Source: Eledone cirrhosa (taxonomy: Eukaryota). From it: 64,000 nucleotides of DNA. The first letter of the stretch is position 1. Each line of letters begins with the position of its first letter. The notes beneath the pieces are model-generated. The model had not been told where the DNA came from, made no database searches, and saw only the letters and a program-made list of their open reading frames with translations. The DNA lies in the NCBI GenBank assembly GCA_964016885.1, contig OZ024749.1:38502001-38566000 (forward strand), given 5' to 3'. The translations under genes and the position numbers were made by a program. This document shows positions 28,165 to 41,148 of this stretch, piece after piece.

Positions 28165-28414
28165 CGCTATAGTCTTCCTGTCCAATAGAAATGAACCACG
28201 TTGAAAGTTAGCCATCATAGATTATAAAAGGAAGATTGAGATTTAATCAAACAAAAGCCTCACTATCAGCCAAAAATTTAATTAACCTTTTGTGTTAATT
28301 AACAATTTTTTTTTAATTTTCTCATTTTTTTCGTTTAATTTTTTAATTTTATTTACTCTTAACTTATTTTTTTTTTAATTAAATTTTCTGCGTTATTAAA
28401 GAATTTACGTTTTT

Positions 28415-28992
28415 CTTCTGTTGTTCTCTGTGTCATATTGTTGCTGTTATCTTGTTGTTGATGTGTGTGTTGTTGTGTTGTTGTTGTGTTGTTATTTGGT
28501 TGTTTTTGTTGTTGATGTGTGTGTGTTGTTATGTTGTTATTTGGTTGTTGTTGTTGTTGTTGTTGATATGTGTGTGTTGTTGTGTTGCTGATGTGTGTTG
28601 TTGTTTCTTGTTGATATGTGTTGTTGTTGTTGTGTGTGTGTTGTTGTTCTTCTTCTTGTGTGTTGCTGTTGAGGATGGTGATGCTGTTCGTGTTGTTGTT
28701 AGTGGTGGTGGTCGTCGTCGTGGTAGTGATGCTGTTGTTGTGTAGTATTGTTGTGTGTGTTCTTGTTGTGTTGCTGGAGTGTTGTTTTGCAGCGTGTTGT
28801 TGTTATTAGTGTTGTTATGTTCCTATTGGTGTTGTGTGTTGTTATTACAGTTGTGTGTTCCTGTTGTTGCTGTTATTGTTGTTTTAAATTATGTCTTTTT
28901 CCTTGTCATTATTGTAGTTGATGTTGTCGTTGTTGTTGTCGTCGTTTTTGTTTCTTGGTGCTTATTGTTGTAGATGCTGTTGGGAATGTTGG

Positions 28993-29023
<31 letters not shown>

Positions 29024-29045
29024 GCTGTTGTTGTTGCTGTTGCTT
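28415..29045. repeat. Degenerate (TTG)/(TG) low-complexity tract
   Basis: Seen directly. Confidence 0.9.
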
Positions 29046-29133
29046 CGGCCATCAATTAATATGCAAATGAGTGAGAAAGCATTGGCTGTACGTTTTCTTT
29101 TATTCTTCGACATTCAATATTGAGGATTAAGAT

Positions 29134-29340
29134 CATGATGATGATTATGATGGAGATGACGATGCTGGTGATGGGGGAGATGAGGATGAGGATAATGATA
29201 ATGATGATGATAATGGTGGAGATGACGATGCTGGTGATGGAGGAGATGAGGATGATGATGATGATAATGATGATGATAATGACAATGATGATGATAATGA
29301 TGATGATTATGATGATGATAATAGTGGAGATGATGATGGA

Positions 29341-29400
<60 letters not shown>

Positions 29401-29404
29401 AATG
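29134..29404. repeat. (GAT)n microsatellite
   Basis: Seen directly. Confidence 0.95.
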
Positions 29405-29568
29405 CACTTTTACTTCATGCTTGAATGATCCTGTGATTAGGTAAAATTCCTATTTAATTAGGAATCACAACATGTGTCCATAATAATTATCGACTCCAAA
29501 TTGTTTAGTCAGCAACTATATCCTCTCACTGTTACTACTGCTGCTGCTACTACTACTACTACTACTAC

Positions 29569-29635
<67 letters not shown>

Positions 29636-29638
<3 letters not shown>

Positions 29639-30060
29639 TGTTTCTACTTTAGGCACAAGGCCAGCAATTACCCAGTGCATTACTGGTACTTTATTTTATC
29701 GACCCCGTAAGGATGAAAGGCAAAGTCAACCTCGGCGGGATTTGAACTCAGATCGTAAAGGGACGTAACTATGATGCAAAGCATGGCGTCCGACCCTCTA
29801 CCAGTACTGCCAATTCACCGCCCGTAGGTGCTACATAATAATAATAATCGTTTGTACTATAGGCACAAACCAGCAATTTGGGGGGAGGGGAAAGTTGATT
29901 AAATCGACCCCAGTGCATTACTGGTGCTTTATTTTAGCGACCCCGTTAGGATGAAAGGCAAAGTTAACCTTGCCGAGATTTGAACCCAGACCGTAAAGGA
30001 GCTTAACTCTATGCTGCAAAGCATGGTGTCCGACCCTCTACCAATACTGCCAATCCACCG
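29636..30060 (-). mobile_element. Two SINE family 1 copies (short and long variant)
   Basis: Copies at 29636-29822 and 29843-30060. Confidence 0.92.
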
Positions 30061-30827
30061 TGCTACAGCAGTAGTAGCCTCTGCTCCTCAAACCTAACTA
30101 GTGACATACCAGAAATATTCACCCATCTACGTCACCCCCCCCCCCTACAGACACACATACACACACACACATCGTGCTGTCGAAACCCTGGACTAAACAT
30201 TTCAGGTAAAGATTGTGCTCCAGAACTTCTACCCTTATATACTCCATCTCAATTATGCCCTTCCTACAAACTTCTACTGCTCCAGAGGATCAACCTCAGT
30301 GTAAACCAAATCGATATGCAATGATATTTGGTCGAAGTACGATCTATTTATCACTTTCAATGTACATTCAGTTTGAAAAAGACTAAGAAAATGCTACTGC
30401 AATTTCAAAATATATTTTGCTTTCCTAAGATAAAGGGAGAGCAATCCTACAAAAAAAATAGATTGTTGATGGAAAGGCTGAACAATACAAAGAACGCTGT
30501 ATTTCCTGAGATTGATACGTAATCGAAACTCTAAACATCCTGAACCTATACACTCATACATTAATATGAAAGATGAGAGGTTTTCTCTTTGTTTTCATCC
30601 AAAGAAACACACACTTCAAGCTGTCAAGCTTGTTTTCCTGTTTCTGATTTATGAACCACAAATTAGTTGCATCAACAATTCGTTGAGGAAGAATTTGGTA
30701 CTCAAAATTTATGGTAAAATGTGAATTAATCTACAATTAAATAAAAATTCAATAGTTTCTCTTTCAGAAAATTGTTCTTTTTTATGAAAGCATTTTCAGA
30801 TGTAAATTACCATCCTTCAAGTGTGAA

Positions 30828-30975
30828 GGCGCATGGTTTGGGGTTAGAGAATTGGGCTTGCAATCGAAGGGTTGTGAGTTCGATTCTCGGACCCGTTGGT
30901 GTATTGTGTCCTTGAGCAAGACACTTTATTTCATTTTGCTCCAGTTTACTCAGCTATAGAAATGAGTTACGATCC
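30828..30975 (+). mobile_element. tRNA-derived SINE, family 2
   Basis: gagttcgattc B-box then gtgtccttgagcaagacacttt; second copy at 45715-45945. Confidence 0.8.
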
Positions 30976-31296
30976 TGCCAAATCAATGGGTGGCAGTAGT
31001 TCCAGCTGCATGCATCGAAAGACTGGTGTAGTGGTTCTAAGAGCAATGAAGCTTTGCAGACGATCAATGCAAATTGACAATGGAAAGGCGCTCCCGCTCG
31101 TATTAGAAGAGAACTATTGACCTTAAGGAGAAGCAGTGACCCCTGATTGTATTCAGCAACCGAAACAAATATATGAAGTACACCAAATCCAATTCTCCTA
31201 GGGGCGCCCCTGGTTCTTCTTATTTGCGAGTGTAAACTCGGCCAGATTAGATTAGATTCAAGTGTCACTCAAAGGTCTTCTGTTAACCAATCAGTC

Positions 31297-31377
31297 GTGG
31301 CCCCATCATGGTGTCTTTCAATGGTGGCCCCATCATGGTGTCTTTCAATGGTGGCCCCATCATGGTGTCTTTCAATG
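31297..31377. repeat. 27-nt tandem repeat, three copies
   Basis: gtggccccatcatggtgtctttcaatg three times. Confidence 0.95.
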
Positions 31378-31529
31378 AATTTGCTTTTTTTTTTATTTTC
31401 CAACATTGAGAAAACTCGATAGAAAGAATTTGTAATTAGGTTGAATATGGTTTTACTCTGCATCATGAATTGAGTACTCTTGTGGGTTATAAACTCAGCA
31501 GAAACACACATAAATATTATATATTTACA

Positions 31530-33500
31530 TATATAGACACATGCATACATACATGTATGTGTAAATATATACATACATAGACACAATCATGTGTACATGC
31601 ATACATACATACACACAATCATACATACATACACACCTACACAATCATAGATACATACACACAATCATACATACACACATACACAATCATACATACACAC
31701 AATCATACATACATGTGCGTATGCTTTATACATACACACACACACACATACATATATATAGACATACGCATACATATATTTATATATGTGTATGTATATA
31801 CACATGTATACATACCTAGACACACAATCATACGTACATACATACATAAAAGCATACATACAGTCAAGCATACATACACGATCGTACATACATACATACA
31901 CGATCATATATTTATATATGTGTATGTGTATGTGTATACACATGTATACATACCTAGACACACAATCATACGTACATACATATATACACACAATCATACA
32001 TACATACATAAATACATACATACAGTCAAGCATACATACAGTCAAGCATACATACATACACGATCGTACATACATACATACACGATCGTACATACATACA
32101 TTGATGAGGAGTTTACAAATCCAGTATCCAAGATACACCTTTAGCTTCATACCCATCATTATTGGAGCTACGGGTTATATACCAACCCGCTTAGACCAAA
32201 GTATGACTGAACTTGGATTTGCGGACAAAAAGCGCAGCTCCCTAATTCATAGTCTACAAATGGCTGCGATAGCTGGCACCTTCGAAATTTGCAAAACATT
32301 CTTGCGATTCAAGGGATGACAATTTCTTTTCTTTTACAACCTTGCCACCAGGAAGGTGGCCGGTCAAAAAAATATACTCGAAATTAAGAGAAAGAGACAC
32401 ATACATACATACATACATACATACATACATACATACATACATACATACATACATACATACATACATACACATGTGCAGATACAAAGCATATACACATGCA
32501 CACATACAACTAAAAACATACACATCCACACATACAATAACATCCATATCTACACATGCATGCATACATATCTACCTAGTTGATGTTGTGTAAATTCCAA
32601 TGAGAGAGTCTTGTGTCTATGTTAGAAACCGACTCTCTCTCTATTGGTAAAAATTTGTGACATTATAAAACCAGAAGAACATACATACATACATACATAC
32701 ATACATACATACATACATACATACATGCATACATATAGTCATGCTTACATACATACATGATCTTACATACATACATAAATACATACATACATACACACAT
32801 AAATACATAAATACATACATACATACACGATCGTACATACATACATACATACATAAATACATACATACAGTCATACATAACGTACATACATACATACATA
32901 AATACATACATACAGTCATACATAAATACATACTTACATAAATACATACATACAGTCATACATACATACATACATAAATACATACATACATACTCACATA
33001 CATACATAAATACATACATACATACAGTCAAGCATACATACGTACACGATCGTACATACATACATACATACATACATACATACATAAATACATACATACA
33101 GTCATACATACATACACGATCTTACATACATACATACATACATAAATACATACATACATACTCACATACATACATAAATACATACATACATACATACATA
33201 CAGTCAAGCATACATACATACACGATCGCACATACATACATACATAAATACATACATACAGTCATACATACATACACGATCTTACATACATACATACATA
33301 AATACATACATACATACATACATACATAAATACATACATACATACTCACATACATACATAAATACATACATACATACAGTCAAGCATACATACATACACG
33401 ATCTTACATACATACATACATAAATACATACATACATACATACAGTCATACATACACGATCTTACATACATACATACATACATACATATATACATACATA
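31530..33500. repeat. (TACA)n-based degenerate satellite hosting a LINE insertion
   Basis: Seen directly. Confidence 0.9.
32101..32396 (+). mobile_element. R4/Dong-like LINE 3' end in (TACA)n
   Basis: Near-identical to 46578-46872; FIPIIIGATGYIP..LQMAAIAGT..ICK. Confidence 0.85.
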
Positions 33501-33559
33501 CTAATGTTTGTATGTGTGTGCGTGTGTTTGATTTCTTACGAGGGTATCTATGTTAGTTT

Positions 33560-33629
33560 CAGTCACTAACTGTATGTGTATGCTTGTAAGAGACATTAAC
33601 TGTGTGTAAGTAAGTGTACATGTGTGTGT

Positions 33630-33676
<47 letters not shown>

Positions 33677-33812
33677 TACAAATATTACATCAATTCTGTC
33701 CCCCAGTGTCTGAGAAAACTGACAGTTTAATGAAGTTGACCAGAAGTTATTTAAATGAGTTTTTTTTTTTTGTTTTTAGTGTATGTATTGATAAATGTAC
33801 ACACACACACAC

Positions 33813-33869
<57 letters not shown>

Positions 33870-33937
33870 TATGTATGTAAGTATGTATGTATTTATGTAA
33901 GTATGTATGTAAGTATGTATGTATGTATGTATGTATG

Positions 33938-33968
<31 letters not shown>

Positions 33969-34245
33969 GTATGTATGTATGTGTGTGTTTGTGTATGTAT
34001 GTAAGTATGTATGTAAGTATGTATGTAAGTATGTAAGTATGTATGTATGTATGTATGTATGTAAGTATGTATGTGTGTATGTATGTATGTGTGTATGTAT
34101 GTATGTATGTATGTATGTAAGTATGTATGTAAGTATGTAAGTATGTATGTATGTATGTATGCATGTAAGTATGTATGTGTGTATGTAAGTATGTGTGTAT
34201 GTATTTATGTATGTGTGTATGTAAGTATGTGTGTATGTATGTATA
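33560..34245. repeat. (TG)n and (TATG)/(TAAG) microsatellites
   Basis: Seen directly. Confidence 0.9.
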
Positions 34246-34390
34246 CAGCCAGACATTCCTTCATTAAAGATGTGTAAAACCAAAACAAAAGCATCCGTTA
34301 TGCAGTCACACCGTGTTAATGTATTTTTATTATATTTTTTATGTATTTATATACACACAGACACAAACAAACAAGCAAACATATACATTG

Positions 34391-34485
<95 letters not shown>

Positions 34486-34597
34486 GAGAGAGAGAGAGAA
34501 AGTGAGAGAAATAGAGAGAGAGAGAGAAAGAGAAAGAAGTAGAGAGAGATTCCCGAGTTGTGTCAGGGGTAACCACAGTTAAAAAAGTACTCTGACA

Positions 34598-34643
34598 TTC
34601 CTGATGATTTTAATAAGAATGAAATAGTTCTAGTCCTGTAGAA
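34598..34643 (+). ncRNA. Minimal hammerhead, family A, intact core
   Basis: ttc CTGATGA(34601-34607) ttttaataagaat GAAA tag-ttctagtc-ctg TA gaa; preceded by inverted family tail 34550-34592. Confidence 0.7.
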
Positions 34644-34781
34644 GGGGAAGACCAAGGTTAACGTATGTTGATGCCCTAAGGACAGACACTGTTGGAGATG
34701 CAGGACATGGTAACAATAATGAGGGACAGAGACCGCTTGAGAGAACTCGTCCATGGATCTCGGGAATTTTCTATATATATA

Positions 34782-35127
34782 TATACGATATTAACAAATG
34801 GAAACTATATTTATAAAACCATATTTATTTCATTATACATATTTCAAGGACACCAAGTTAAATTATGGTGTGCTTTGATCAGATAAAATATAATATAGAG
34901 CAGTTTTATAAATAAATATTGACATACCCTTAAAGAATGCAACCATTTCTGTTGTAAGCTCCCGGATAGTGTCCTTGAAATATGTATAATGAAATAAATA
35001 TGATTTTATAAATATAGTTTCCATTTGTTAATATCGTATTTTTACTCCAATTATTTGTTTAGTGTTTTATATCAGTTATAAAAAATATTTGCTTGTTGTA
35101 TCCCAACAATTTAAATAGAACTTTTAC

Positions 35128-35128
<1 letters not shown>
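34782..35128 (+). mobile_element. Fold-back element, family C
   Basis: Nearly identical to 2624-2900; inverted arm 34782-34970, sense arm plus tail 34969-35128. Confidence 0.88.
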
Positions 35129-35220
<92 letters not shown>

Positions 35221-35221
35221 C

Positions 35222-35381
<160 letters not shown>

Positions 35382-35405
35382 GTATACATTATTTACATGT
35401 ACGTA

Positions 35406-35595
35406 GGGCGGTGGATTGGTAGTATCGGTAGAGGGTCGGACGCCATGCTTTCCAGCATAGTTACGTCCCTTTACGATCTGAGTTCAAATCACGCCGAGGT
35501 TGACTTTGCCTTTCAGCCTTACGGGGTCGATAAAATAAAGTACCAGTAATGCACTGGGTAATTGCTGGCCTTGTGCCAAAAGTAGAAACAATTAT
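35406..35595 (+). mobile_element. SINE family 1 with 17-nt TSD
   Basis: attatttacatgtacgt at 35388-35404 and 35591-35607. Confidence 0.94.
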
Positions 35596-35944
35596 TTACA
35601 TGTACGTGTGTGTCGATATTGGTCTTTTCGTAAAACAAAATCTCACTCGTAAATGATTCATATATGATGTTGTTTTTGATGTTGTTATTGTTGCTCTTGT
35701 TCATATTGTAATTCTTGTGGTGTGTGTGTGTTGGTGATTTATGGGTTAAAGAGTGTGTGAGGAATGTCACTATGAGGCGTCAATGTGTGTGTGTGCGTGT
35801 GCGAGTGCGTGTGTATCTGCAGCGATATTTGCAATTTTTGATTTCCAATAAATATTTTCCTCGGGCAATCAATTCTAAATTTGATTATTTCAATATTAAA
35901 TAAAAGAAATTGATCATTCTCTTTACATATACTATAAACTTATA

Positions 35945-35975
35945 TGTAATGTGTGTGTATGTATAGATACAAATG

Positions 35976-36006
<31 letters not shown>

Positions 36007-36041
36007 TACATGTGTGTATGTATAGATACAAATGTATGTGA

Positions 36042-36074
<33 letters not shown>

Positions 36075-36146
36075 GTGTATGTATATATACAAATGTATGT
36101 GAATATATATATATATATTACATGTGTGTGTGTATAGATACAAATG

Positions 36147-36179
<33 letters not shown>

Positions 36180-36207
36180 TACATGTGTGTATATATAGAT
36201 ACAAATG

Positions 36208-36248
<41 letters not shown>

Positions 36249-36323
36249 CATGTGTGTATATATAGATACAAATGTATGTGTATATATATATATATTACAT
36301 GTGTGTGTGTATAGATACAAATG

Positions 36324-36354
<31 letters not shown>

Positions 36355-36494
36355 TACATGTGTGTGTGTATAGATACAAATGTATGTGTATATATATATA
36401 TATATATATATTTATTTTACATGTGTGTATGTATAGATACAAATGTATGTGTATATATATATATATTACATGTGTGTGTGTATAGATACAAATG

Positions 36495-36527
<33 letters not shown>

Positions 36528-36667
36528 TACATGTGTGTGTGTATAGATACAAATGTATGTGTATATATATATATATATTTATTTTACATGTGTGTATGTA
36601 TAGATACAAATGTATGTGAATATATATATATATATTACATGTGTGTATGTATAGATACAAATGTATG

Positions 36668-36698
<31 letters not shown>

Positions 36699-36755
36699 TA
36701 CATGTGTGTATGTATAGATACAAATGTATGTGAATATATATATATTTATTTTACA
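35945..36755. repeat. Minisatellite: fixed ~35-nt core plus variable (TA)n
   Basis: ttacatgtgtgtrtgtatagatacaaatgtatgtg repeated roughly 15 times. Confidence 0.92.
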
Positions 36756-36818
36756 AGTATGTATATATATATATATATACATACATGTATACATACATGT
36801 ATATATATATATATATAT

Positions 36819-37061
36819 AATAAATGTAATCTGAGTTTTTCGAATATTAATAATAACATTCGATTCGTTTGCAATTATGCAAACAAGCCTCAATTTTGGT
36901 TCTGTTCACATACCAACACAAGAGCAAAAATGAAGGGTTCATTCCACTGACATGGCTATAAAATTGAGGCTTGTTTGCATAATTGCAAACGAATCGAATG
37001 TTATTATTAATATTCAAAAAACTCAGATTACATTTATTGTATTCATGTAGAGCGAACATTT

Positions 37062-37070
<9 letters not shown>
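36819..37070 (+). mobile_element. Fold-back element in (TA)n, no HHR found
   Basis: ~80-bp arms 36819-36898 and 36961-37039 plus a short unpaired tail. Confidence 0.7.
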
Positions 37071-37132
<62 letters not shown>

Positions 37133-37230
37133 CATATATATACATGTGTATGTATATATATATATATACATACATGTAAAATATTTATATACATATATTT
37201 ATTTACGTACATATGTATCTATACATACAC

Positions 37231-37349
<119 letters not shown>

Positions 37350-37379
37350 TATATATGGATATATGTGCTTCAATTTATT

Positions 37380-37570
37380 ACCGGGCAAACGAAGGAAAAG
37401 ACATGGTCAAATATCAAGAGAAAATGTAGACTGGTGCATAAGATGTTAGCAAGCGATGTTGTATTGATAAATGACAACCGATGGAAAAAGCTGCGTACAG
37501 GATGAAGACCGAAGAAAACAGGTAGACAGATGACGCATGCTTGATCCCGTATTGACATACGGCGTTTCTG
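37380..37570 (+). pseudogene. RTE-clade LINE C-terminal fragment
   Basis: [20 protein letters not shown] resembles the RTE DNRWT..W.P..GRQ motif. Confidence 0.55.
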
Positions 37571-37987
37571 GGGCATTTTTAAACCTGGTGGAGCCAGATT
37601 TCTTCCAGAGAAGGATAGAGCGCATGAGATAATAACAGCAAAAAAAGAGATATAGAGGAATAATCGATCTCAGTATTAGACCGCTACTAATATTTTATCG
37701 ACATTGACTATATGAAAGACAAAGTTGACCTCGGCGGGATTTGAACTCAGAAAGCATACCGTAAAGTATTCTATCCTATGCTCTAACGACTCAATTCGCC
37801 ACCGGAGAGATGATACCGATAGGTTTATTGGCGCTTTAGAGGAATAGATAGGACTCATTGATATTTGGGTGAGTGATGAGGGAAGGCTGTCTTTCAGTGG
37901 GCTGATAATTATATATATATTCCTATATGTGTGTACTATAATTGTCAGAAGTAATAAAAGACTGTTTATCACCTGGGTAAAAAATAT

Positions 37988-38175
37988 AATTGTTTCTACT
38001 TTAGGCACAAGGCCAGCAAATTACCTAGTGCATTACTGGTACTTTATTTTATCGACCCCGTAAAGATGAAAGGCAAAGTCAACCTCGGCGAGATTTGAAG
38101 TCAGATCGTAAAGGGACGTAACTATGCTGGAAAGCATGGCGTCCGACTCTCTACCGATACTGCCAATCCACCGCC
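37988..38175 (-). mobile_element. SINE family 1 with ~21-nt TSD
   Basis: cacctgggtaaaaaatataat on both sides; older SINE remnant at 37680-37805. Confidence 0.92.
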
Positions 38176-38350
38176 AATCCACCTGGGTAAAAAATATAAT
38201 AATTATTAGGCGTTGACCCAAGCGATGAAAAATGTTTTATTTATGAAAATTATACTTTATTAATATATTGCTCTCTACACTATCAAACCTGTATATATAT
38301 ATATAATACTAAATACAGTTTAAACATTGATTTATTATGTGTAAGTAGTG

Positions 38351-38405
38351 AGTCTTGTTACTCTGGAGTTTCAACTACGCACTGAAAGGGTCATCAAACA
38401 AGACT
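38351..38405 (-). ncRNA. Degenerate hammerhead
   Basis: Reverse complement reads cttgt TTGATGA .. GAAA ctccagag TA acaag; stem II eroded; inverted arm at 38430-38454. Confidence 0.6.
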
Positions 38406-38573
38406 GAAAGTGTCATCAAACAAGTCTGCGTGCGCAGGTGAGACTCCAGAGTAAAAATAAAACATGATAAATGTGTATATAGGTATGTAAAGGGTAAACA
38501 GAAATAACAACACAATCAGTACAGTATATGGAAGGAATGTATTAGGTTAACGCTTGAAACAGCAGGAAGAGGG

Positions 38574-38612
38574 TCTTAAATTTTCGGATGCTGGTAGTCC
38601 TTCATCAGAAGA
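38574..38612 (-). ncRNA. Minimal hammerhead-like motif
   Basis: Reverse complement reads tctt CTGATGA a gga..tcc GAAA at TT aaga. Confidence 0.55.
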
Positions 38613-38842
38613 AAGAATGAGAAATTAGAAAGATTAAAGGGACGGGCGGTGCGATGCCCACATACCATAAATATAGATAAATGGACAGATAGATAGATGT
38701 GTGTGCGTATAAGAAGAATGAAGTGTATATATATATATACATATAGTAATAATAATAATAAATTTGAAGACTAAAATCCAAAGAGGGCTCGATAAGGATA
38801 AATATATATCAGATATATAAGAACCGTAGAACAAATATTTTG

Positions 38843-38893
38843 AGTTTCAGAAGATCCCGTTAAGGGTGAAAGCAGCGATTCTTTGCTTAAACT
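38843..38893 (+). ncRNA. Family F hammerhead with core substitution (CAGAAGA)
   Basis: Homologous to 13096-13146. Confidence 0.7.
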
Positions 38894-38909
38894 TTAATCT
38901 GTTATTTTA

Positions 38910-38952
<43 letters not shown>

Positions 38953-38955
<3 letters not shown>

Positions 38956-39088
38956 CGAAGGAAATGTGGTAAGGAACCAGATGGACCATAACGCAATAAA
39001 GTACTCAAAACTTAGGGTAGTAGAGTGGGTAATAGGAACAAGTATGACCCCGACGGCAGAGCTCTGCCGTCGGGGTCATACTTGTTCC

Positions 39089-39092
<4 letters not shown>
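38953..39092 (-). mobile_element. Family B element, perfect 60-bp palindrome centred on gagctc
   Basis: Arms 39032-39061 and 39062-39091. Confidence 0.9.
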
Positions 39093-39114
<22 letters not shown>

Positions 39115-39119
<5 letters not shown>

Positions 39120-39770
39120 GAAAATTAGAGTTAAAACTCCAATTGAAACCCTGTAACTATTAAGCTCCAAGTATAAAATACTGAGCCGATTAATAATATA
39201 TATGCAGTAAGAAACACAGTAAACCGTGTGTCTAATATTACAACCCTTGTAATATTAGACACACGGTTTACTGTGTTTTTTACTGCATATATATTATTAA
39301 TCGGCTCAGTATTTTATACTTGGAGCTTAATAGTTACAGGGTTTCAATTGGAGTTTTAACTCTAATTTTCATTTATATTTCTGCTCCCTCACAAGTCGAG
39401 CTTATTAAGTTGTGTGTGTTGGACTGTTGTTTCTATTCAATACACGCTTATCACGTTTGACTAGCGGCGCACGGGGTGATAAATTTCATCTTTCTGTGTG
39501 AACGTTGGTACATAGTGTTTGTTGCATTTAATCAGATTCTCTCGCTCATGATGCCTAAGGATTATCTGTTACAAACACACTCAGGGCGAAACAGATTAGG
39601 GATAATCTGTCCGAGAGATATAATGGTTATTGAGGCGGTTTGTATAATAATAATATATTTTTATTTTATCATTCTGTCTGCTTCTTGGTTAAATATTTCA
39701 AACAAATGTGGTTTTTCAACCCTTGTAATATTAGACACACGGTTTACTGTGTTTCTTACTGCATATATAT

Positions 39771-39780
<10 letters not shown>
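39115..39780 (+). mobile_element. Fold-back plus partial tandem (476-nt period) HHR element
   Basis: Arms ~39113-39243 and 39247-39377; direct repeat 39241-39299 = 39717-39775. Confidence 0.85.
39538..39618 (+). ncRNA. Type I hammerhead with one core mismatch (CTCATGA)
   Basis: Stem I tctctcg/cgagaga; stem III cagatta/taatctg; GAAA 39588-39591; GUC triplet. Confidence 0.82.
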
Positions 39781-39826
<46 letters not shown>

Positions 39827-40445
39827 AGATAAATCTAACAAAATATACGGTAGTGTCCAATCCGTATGAAGAACTCAATGTAATCTAAATATCATGAAAA
39901 GAGAAGATGTATTCCAAATTTTTTCGATGAAAATCACAGGAAAACAGAGTCAAGATAAATTATTAAAAATGATTTTTTTAATATAAGGAACTGTTTCTTT
40001 GTTTTTATTCATTGTTTTTATTAATTTATATATATATATATATATATTTATTTATTTATTTATTTATTTATATAATCATATATAGCCAATCGAATCCAGA
40101 CCCTTCTCAGTCTTGTTCGAGGAACCTCACCATGGTTATGTTTTGTTTTGGTCATGTCAGGGGTATGGCAGTAATCACTACGCTTGGCAAATTGCAGGTT
40201 GGTAAGGCTTTTTAACCGATAGTTGGAATATATATATATATATACTAACCAGTTCTATAAAGGAATGTATAAACACCAGTGTATATATATATATATACAC
40301 AGACATACACACACAAACAAAGAGCTATATATCAAAAAGTGTATGATATTGACAGATAACAAATACTTTTATTATTTGTAAACATTGATTTACAATAACT
40401 TTCTCCACACAGATACAGACGAACTTACAAACACACACACACACA

Positions 40446-40572
<127 letters not shown>

Positions 40573-40587
40573 ACATATGTATATGTA

Positions 40588-40620
<33 letters not shown>

Positions 40621-40870
40621 CCATATATACACACATACATATATCTGCATGTATATATAAATATACAGACTACACATACATATATATAGAGAGATACATA
40701 CATAAATACATACATACAATGATGTAATATATTCATATATTAAAAGTAAAATATCTGGCAGGCTCTTATATTAGTTCACCATTTAAACTAATGATTGACA
40801 GCTAACTATAGTGTATTCCACCTTTTGTCTTTTTCCCAAACTTATTTATCTCTCTCTCCCACTCTCTCTC

Positions 40871-40940
<70 letters not shown>

Positions 40941-40951
40941 CACAGACACTC

Positions 40952-41002
<51 letters not shown>

Positions 41003-41049
41003 CAGAGAGAGAAGAAGCAAAAGAGAAAAAGGGAGAGAGACAGAGAGAA

Positions 41050-41148
41050 ATTACTTCGACAGGACTAGAGCTGTTTTATTCGTATGAAATCAATGATTTC
41101 ATACGTACCTTTTTTAACTGTGGTTATCTCCCGACACAACTCGGGAAT
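41050..41148 (-). mobile_element. Decayed family A element
   Basis: Reverse-complement homology to 34550-34644. Confidence 0.7.

Noticed and set aside
35945-36755. CRISPR-like repeat/spacer look (also 44388-44615 and 53725-55772)
   Set aside because: Spacers are microsatellite or related to each other, there are no cas genes, and the context is eukaryotic.
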